Source of the DNA: Alphaproteobacteria bacterium
GTDB taxonomy: Bacteria > Pseudomonadota > Alphaproteobacteria > Rs-D84
Assembly (NCBI GenBank): GCA_017554665.1
Contig: JAFZHX010000003.1
Span: 1,647 to 65,646 of the forward strand
DNA length: 64,000 nt
Reading direction: 5' to 3'
Below the pieces are notes generated by a model. It made no database searches. It saw nothing but the letters and a program-made list of their open reading frames with translations, and was not told the origin of the DNA. Positions 61,470 through 64,000 of this stretch are shown here, one piece after another (within the stretch, counting starts at the first letter, position 1; every line of letters starts with the position of its first letter). Position numbers and translations under genes: made by a program.

Positions 61470-62120
61470 ATGGCTACTATGTTGGAAAGAAACAAAAAGG
61501 TAAAAGCACCACAAAAAACATATGCGGAACATGCCGAAGATGCATTGTATCGCGAAGTTTGGGAAGAAGTTAATAATGAAAAAACTTTGCAGTTTGTTAA
61601 AAAGTATTCTAAACACATTATGACGGCTGCTATTTTGGTGTTGATTGTTGCAACAGGCATTCAAATTGGTGTTCGTACACATCATGCAAATAAAATGGCA
61701 ACAGCAGTGGCATATGAAACAGCTGTAAATGCTGCCGATGCGGGTGCTTTGTCTTCGTTGGCACAGAATACTTCTGGCGCAACAGGTGATTTGGCTTTGT
61801 TCCAATCTTACTTATTAGACAAAGATATTAAAAAGCTAGAAGAATTGGCAAAAAACGCAGATAGTCGTGATTATCGCGATTTGGCAAAATTGCATATAGT
61901 TGGTGTTCGCGGTGATGAAATGTCAGCTGTTGAAGTTGAAAAATATTTGTCTGATTTAAATACAAAGAAATCTCCATTTTATTACACAGCTGCATTAACA
62001 GTTGCACAAAAATATTTGGCCGAAGGCAATGTAGATGTTGCAAATAAATGGTTGGATAAGATCATCAATGACGCAGATGCTCCATCTGTAATTTCTGGCA
62101 CAGCACAAAGTTTGCGTTAA
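61470..62120 (+). CDS. YfgM-like membrane-anchored TPR-like protein (putative)
   Basis: Single TM AAILVLIVATGIQIGV after ~45-aa basic N-term, helical periplasmic part; precedes a BamB-like gene as in yfgM-bamB. Confidence 0.4.
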   Translation: MATMLERNKKVKAPQKTYAEHAEDALYREVWEEVNNEKTLQFVKKYSKHIMTAAILVLIVATGIQIGVRTHHANKMATAVAYETAVNAADAGALSSLAQNTSGATGDLALFQSYLLDKDIKKLEELAKNADSRDYRDLAKLHIVGVRGDEMSAVEVEKYLSDLNTKKSPFYYTAALTVAQKYLAEGNVDVANKWLDKIINDADAPSVISGTAQSLR

Positions 62121-62129
62121 TTTCTTGGT

Positions 62130-62864
62130 GTGATTATGCGTAAGTCGTTTGTATTTATCTTGTGTCTGATAGCGCTTGGTGCGTGTGATAAACATGACCC
62201 TGTTTTGCCAGGTGTTCGCACTGCTATCTTTAATACATCAGATGTCAAAGTATTGAATCAAAATATTGCTGATATTCCCGAATCGGTGATTGTAACTGAT
62301 AACTCTAATTGTGCATACACACAAGATAACTCAAATGTTATTTGGGACGGTGAACGCAAAGTGTTTAGTGGTTTTGCAACAAACAATTCTGTAACCAGTA
62401 ACCAAAAACCAATATGCGATGATAAATATTTGTATGCAGGTTTAACAACTGGCGAAATAGTCAAGGTAAATCCTAAAACGCGTCAGCTGATGTGGATTGC
62501 TGATGTTTACAGTGCCAGCAATATGACTGGTGGTGCGTCTATGGTTGATATTGTTGCTCCACTTGTTTTATATAAAAATTATGTGTTTGCGGGTGGACTG
62601 GGTGATGCTTTTTGTAAGATAAACGCAAACTCTGGCGACAAGCAATGGTGTCTTGGTATCAGTGTTCCTGTACCTTTTGTCATAGCGGGCAACTATGCAT
62701 TTGTTGTATCAGCAGATAACTATTTATATGCTATATCAACGAAAAACGGTGATGTGTTTTGGCGCTCTGCGGTTAACAAACAGACTATGCCAAAGTACGA
62801 AAAAGGCACAGTTTTTGTTGGAAAACAGCAAATAAATGCAGAAAATGGAAAAATTATAAAATAA
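62130..62864 (+). CDS. PQQ-repeat lipoprotein, BamB-like but short (244 aa)
   Basis: Lipobox LIALGAC; repeated LYAG/VFAG/YAFV...G motifs resembling PQQ beta-propeller blades. Confidence 0.4.
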   Translation: MIMRKSFVFILCLIALGACDKHDPVLPGVRTAIFNTSDVKVLNQNIADIPESVIVTDNSNCAYTQDNSNVIWDGERKVFSGFATNNSVTSNQKPICDDKYLYAGLTTGEIVKVNPKTRQLMWIADVYSASNMTGGASMVDIVAPLVLYKNYVFAGGLGDAFCKINANSGDKQWCLGISVPVPFVIAGNYAFVVSADNYLYAISTKNGDVFWRSAVNKQTMPKYEKGTVFVGKQQINAENGKIIK

Positions 62865-62917
62865 AACTGGACAAATGAAAAAATATATTATATTATTTGT
62901 CCGCTGAAACAGCAATC

Positions 62918-62994
62918 GGGTGTTTAGCTCAGTTGATTAGAGCATCTCGTTTACACCGAGAGGGTCGGGGGTTTGAGTCCCTCAACACCCACCA
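62918..62994 (+). tRNA. tRNA-Val (anticodon UAC)
   Basis: GGGTGTTTAGCTCAGTTGATTAGAGCATCTCGTTTACACCGAGAGGGTCGGGGGTTTGAGTCCCTCAACACCCACCA; anticodon loop TTTACAC; encoded CCA. Confidence 0.9.
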
Positions 62995-62998
62995 CGAA

Positions 62999-63026
62999 TT
63001 CGTCCGCCGTATGGCGGATTTTTATT
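62999..63026 (+). terminator. Intrinsic terminator after tRNA-Val
   Basis: TCCGCCgtatGGCGGAtttttatt. Confidence 0.6.
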
Positions 63027-63044
63027 GGTAAAAAGCAGGAAAAT

Positions 63045-63278
63045 ATGACACAAGAAAAAAGAAATGATTTAAAAGATGCGTTAAACACTGCATTATTATG
63101 CGGGCTTGTATTTATTGTCGTTGGTCATTTGCACAGTTTTTTTGGTGGTGACAAATCGGCAAAATCGGACAAGGCGGTTGTAACAAAAAATATAATGAAA
63201 CCCGATTCTGTACAAACCGATTCGATTCCAGCACTCAATTTTGTTCAAGAACAAATGCGTCAGCAAAAAACAAGATAA
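63045..63278 (+). CDS. Hypothetical small membrane protein
   Basis: MTQEKRNDLKDALNTALLCGLVFIVVGHL one TM; ORF-track start lies inside the tRNA and is rejected. Confidence 0.3.
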   Translation: MTQEKRNDLKDALNTALLCGLVFIVVGHLHSFFGGDKSAKSDKAVVTKNIMKPDSVQTDSIPALNFVQEQMRQQKTR

Positions 63279-63279
63279 A

Positions 63280-63310
63280 TAAAGCCGCCCAATCGGGCGT
63301 TTTTATTTTT
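63280..63310. terminator. Bidirectional intrinsic terminator
   Basis: aaaGCCGCCCaatcGGGCGtttttattttt. Confidence 0.5.
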
Positions 63311-63986
63311 GTGTTTTTTTATTTTCTAATGTTAAAAACACCCCGGCTAACACAGGAAGGTCGAGATAGTATGAGCTTTGTTCAATAGGTTGCAGCCTGT
63401 ACATTTCGTTGCCGATTGATTTTTCTCCACGATAGTTTACAGAATTCCATTTCATAATTTGATTACCAACCATCCCAAATTCTGGATTTTGGCGATCGAT
63501 TCTGTGATTGTCTTCGTGTGCTAAATGTTTTAAAAATTTCGCAAGTGGTTGTGTTGCGTCTGTATAATCATCAAGAAGATGGATTGTTCTTGTCTTACTG
63601 TCATAAAATACAGTCCCATTTTTTGATGCGATAACATCGCCTGCGGTACCGTGTATTGTTGCACTGGCATCCAAAATCAATTTTGCCAAATCTATAATTT
63701 CTTCTTTTGATAATTGTTCAAAATTTTGCACCATGTCCAATATTTGCGGGTTCGACAGAATTATATCTTTATATATTTCCATACGTTCGCCAGTTACAAA
63801 GTCTGCGTTTCGCATATCTATTATGTCAGACATTTTTTTGATATATTCTGAAATCAGATATGTTTTAGCAACAGGATTGAATGTCGGGATTTTTGATGCG
63901 GTTTCTTCGAATTTACGCTCTATTTTTGCAATTTCTGTATCAAACGTAGAATAGTTTGCATAAGGTATGTACGGCATTTTTAGCAA
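63303..63986 (-). CDS. Hypothetical protein
   Basis: 227-aa soluble ORF, no family recognised. Confidence 0.4.
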   Translation of the reverse strand: MLKMPYIPYANYSTFDTEIAKIERKFEETASKIPTFNPVAKTYLISEYIKKMSDIIDMRNADFVTGERMEIYKDIILSNPQILDMVQNFEQLSKEEIIDLAKLILDASATIHGTAGDVIASKNGTVFYDSKTRTIHLLDDYTDATQPLAKFLKHLAHEDNHRIDRQNPEFGMVGNQIMKWNSVNYRGEKSIGNEMYRLQPIEQSSYYLDLPVLAGVFLTLENKKTQK

Positions 63987-64000
63987 TTTTTCATATGTTT

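Noticed and set aside
60501-61805. 434-aa ORF as a single protein
   Set aside because: The first 130 codons are Cys/His-rich junk preceding a canonical sigma-32 N-terminus, so the gene was trimmed to 61415.

Overview
This 64 kb window is a gene-dense, AT-rich bacterial chromosome segment. Its gene content looks alphaproteobacterial and Rickettsiales/Holosporales-like: a eukaryote-type IleS, parA–parB next to rsmG, an rpoH-type sigma-32, a pyruvate phosphate dikinase, LptD–SurA and a VirD4-type coupling protein.

Most of it is housekeeping. This includes ileS (partial), mnmG, fabG–fabD, queH, metG, accB–accC, rnpA–yidD, mreB, recF, pnp, rsmE, gpsA, rsmG–parA–parB, pal, infC, der, rpmE, lptF/G–lptD–surA–rlmN, rpsO–truB, mutS, xseB, ppdK and rpoH. 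There are four tRNA genes: Thr-CGU, Val-GAC, Cys-GCA and Val-UAC.

Nearly every gap between convergent genes holds one of two stereotyped hairpin families with an A-tract on one side and a T-tract on the other, which act as bidirectional intrinsic terminators:
- GCCGG(C/T)-loop-(G/A)CCGG(C/T), with two 36-bp copies that are almost identical.
- CCCC-AAAC-GGGG.

No rRNA, CRISPR array, transposase or integrase was seen.

The standout locus is 39992–46659. It holds five tightly packed paralogous genes for polytopic inner-membrane proteins of roughly 420–480 aa, four co-directional and one divergent. They share a transmembrane 'F.KL......MPL' core, an N-terminal G-C-(W/F)-x-C motif in three copies and a C-terminal 'TLWED.KK...WY' motif in two. 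The paralog expansion resembles a VirB6/TrbL (rvhB6-like) type IV secretion channel-subunit family, but no virB3, virB4 or virB8–11 genes are in the window.

An orphan VirD4/TraG-type coupling protein gene (24115–26355) sits 14 kb away, between rsmE and gpsA.

Other notable features:
- An orphan radical-SAM gene with a CxxxCxxC motif, between parB and pal.
- The expected AUU start codon of infC.
- A split MacAB–TolC-like efflux system.
- Small hypothetical-gene islets next to tRNA-Thr and tRNA-Val.
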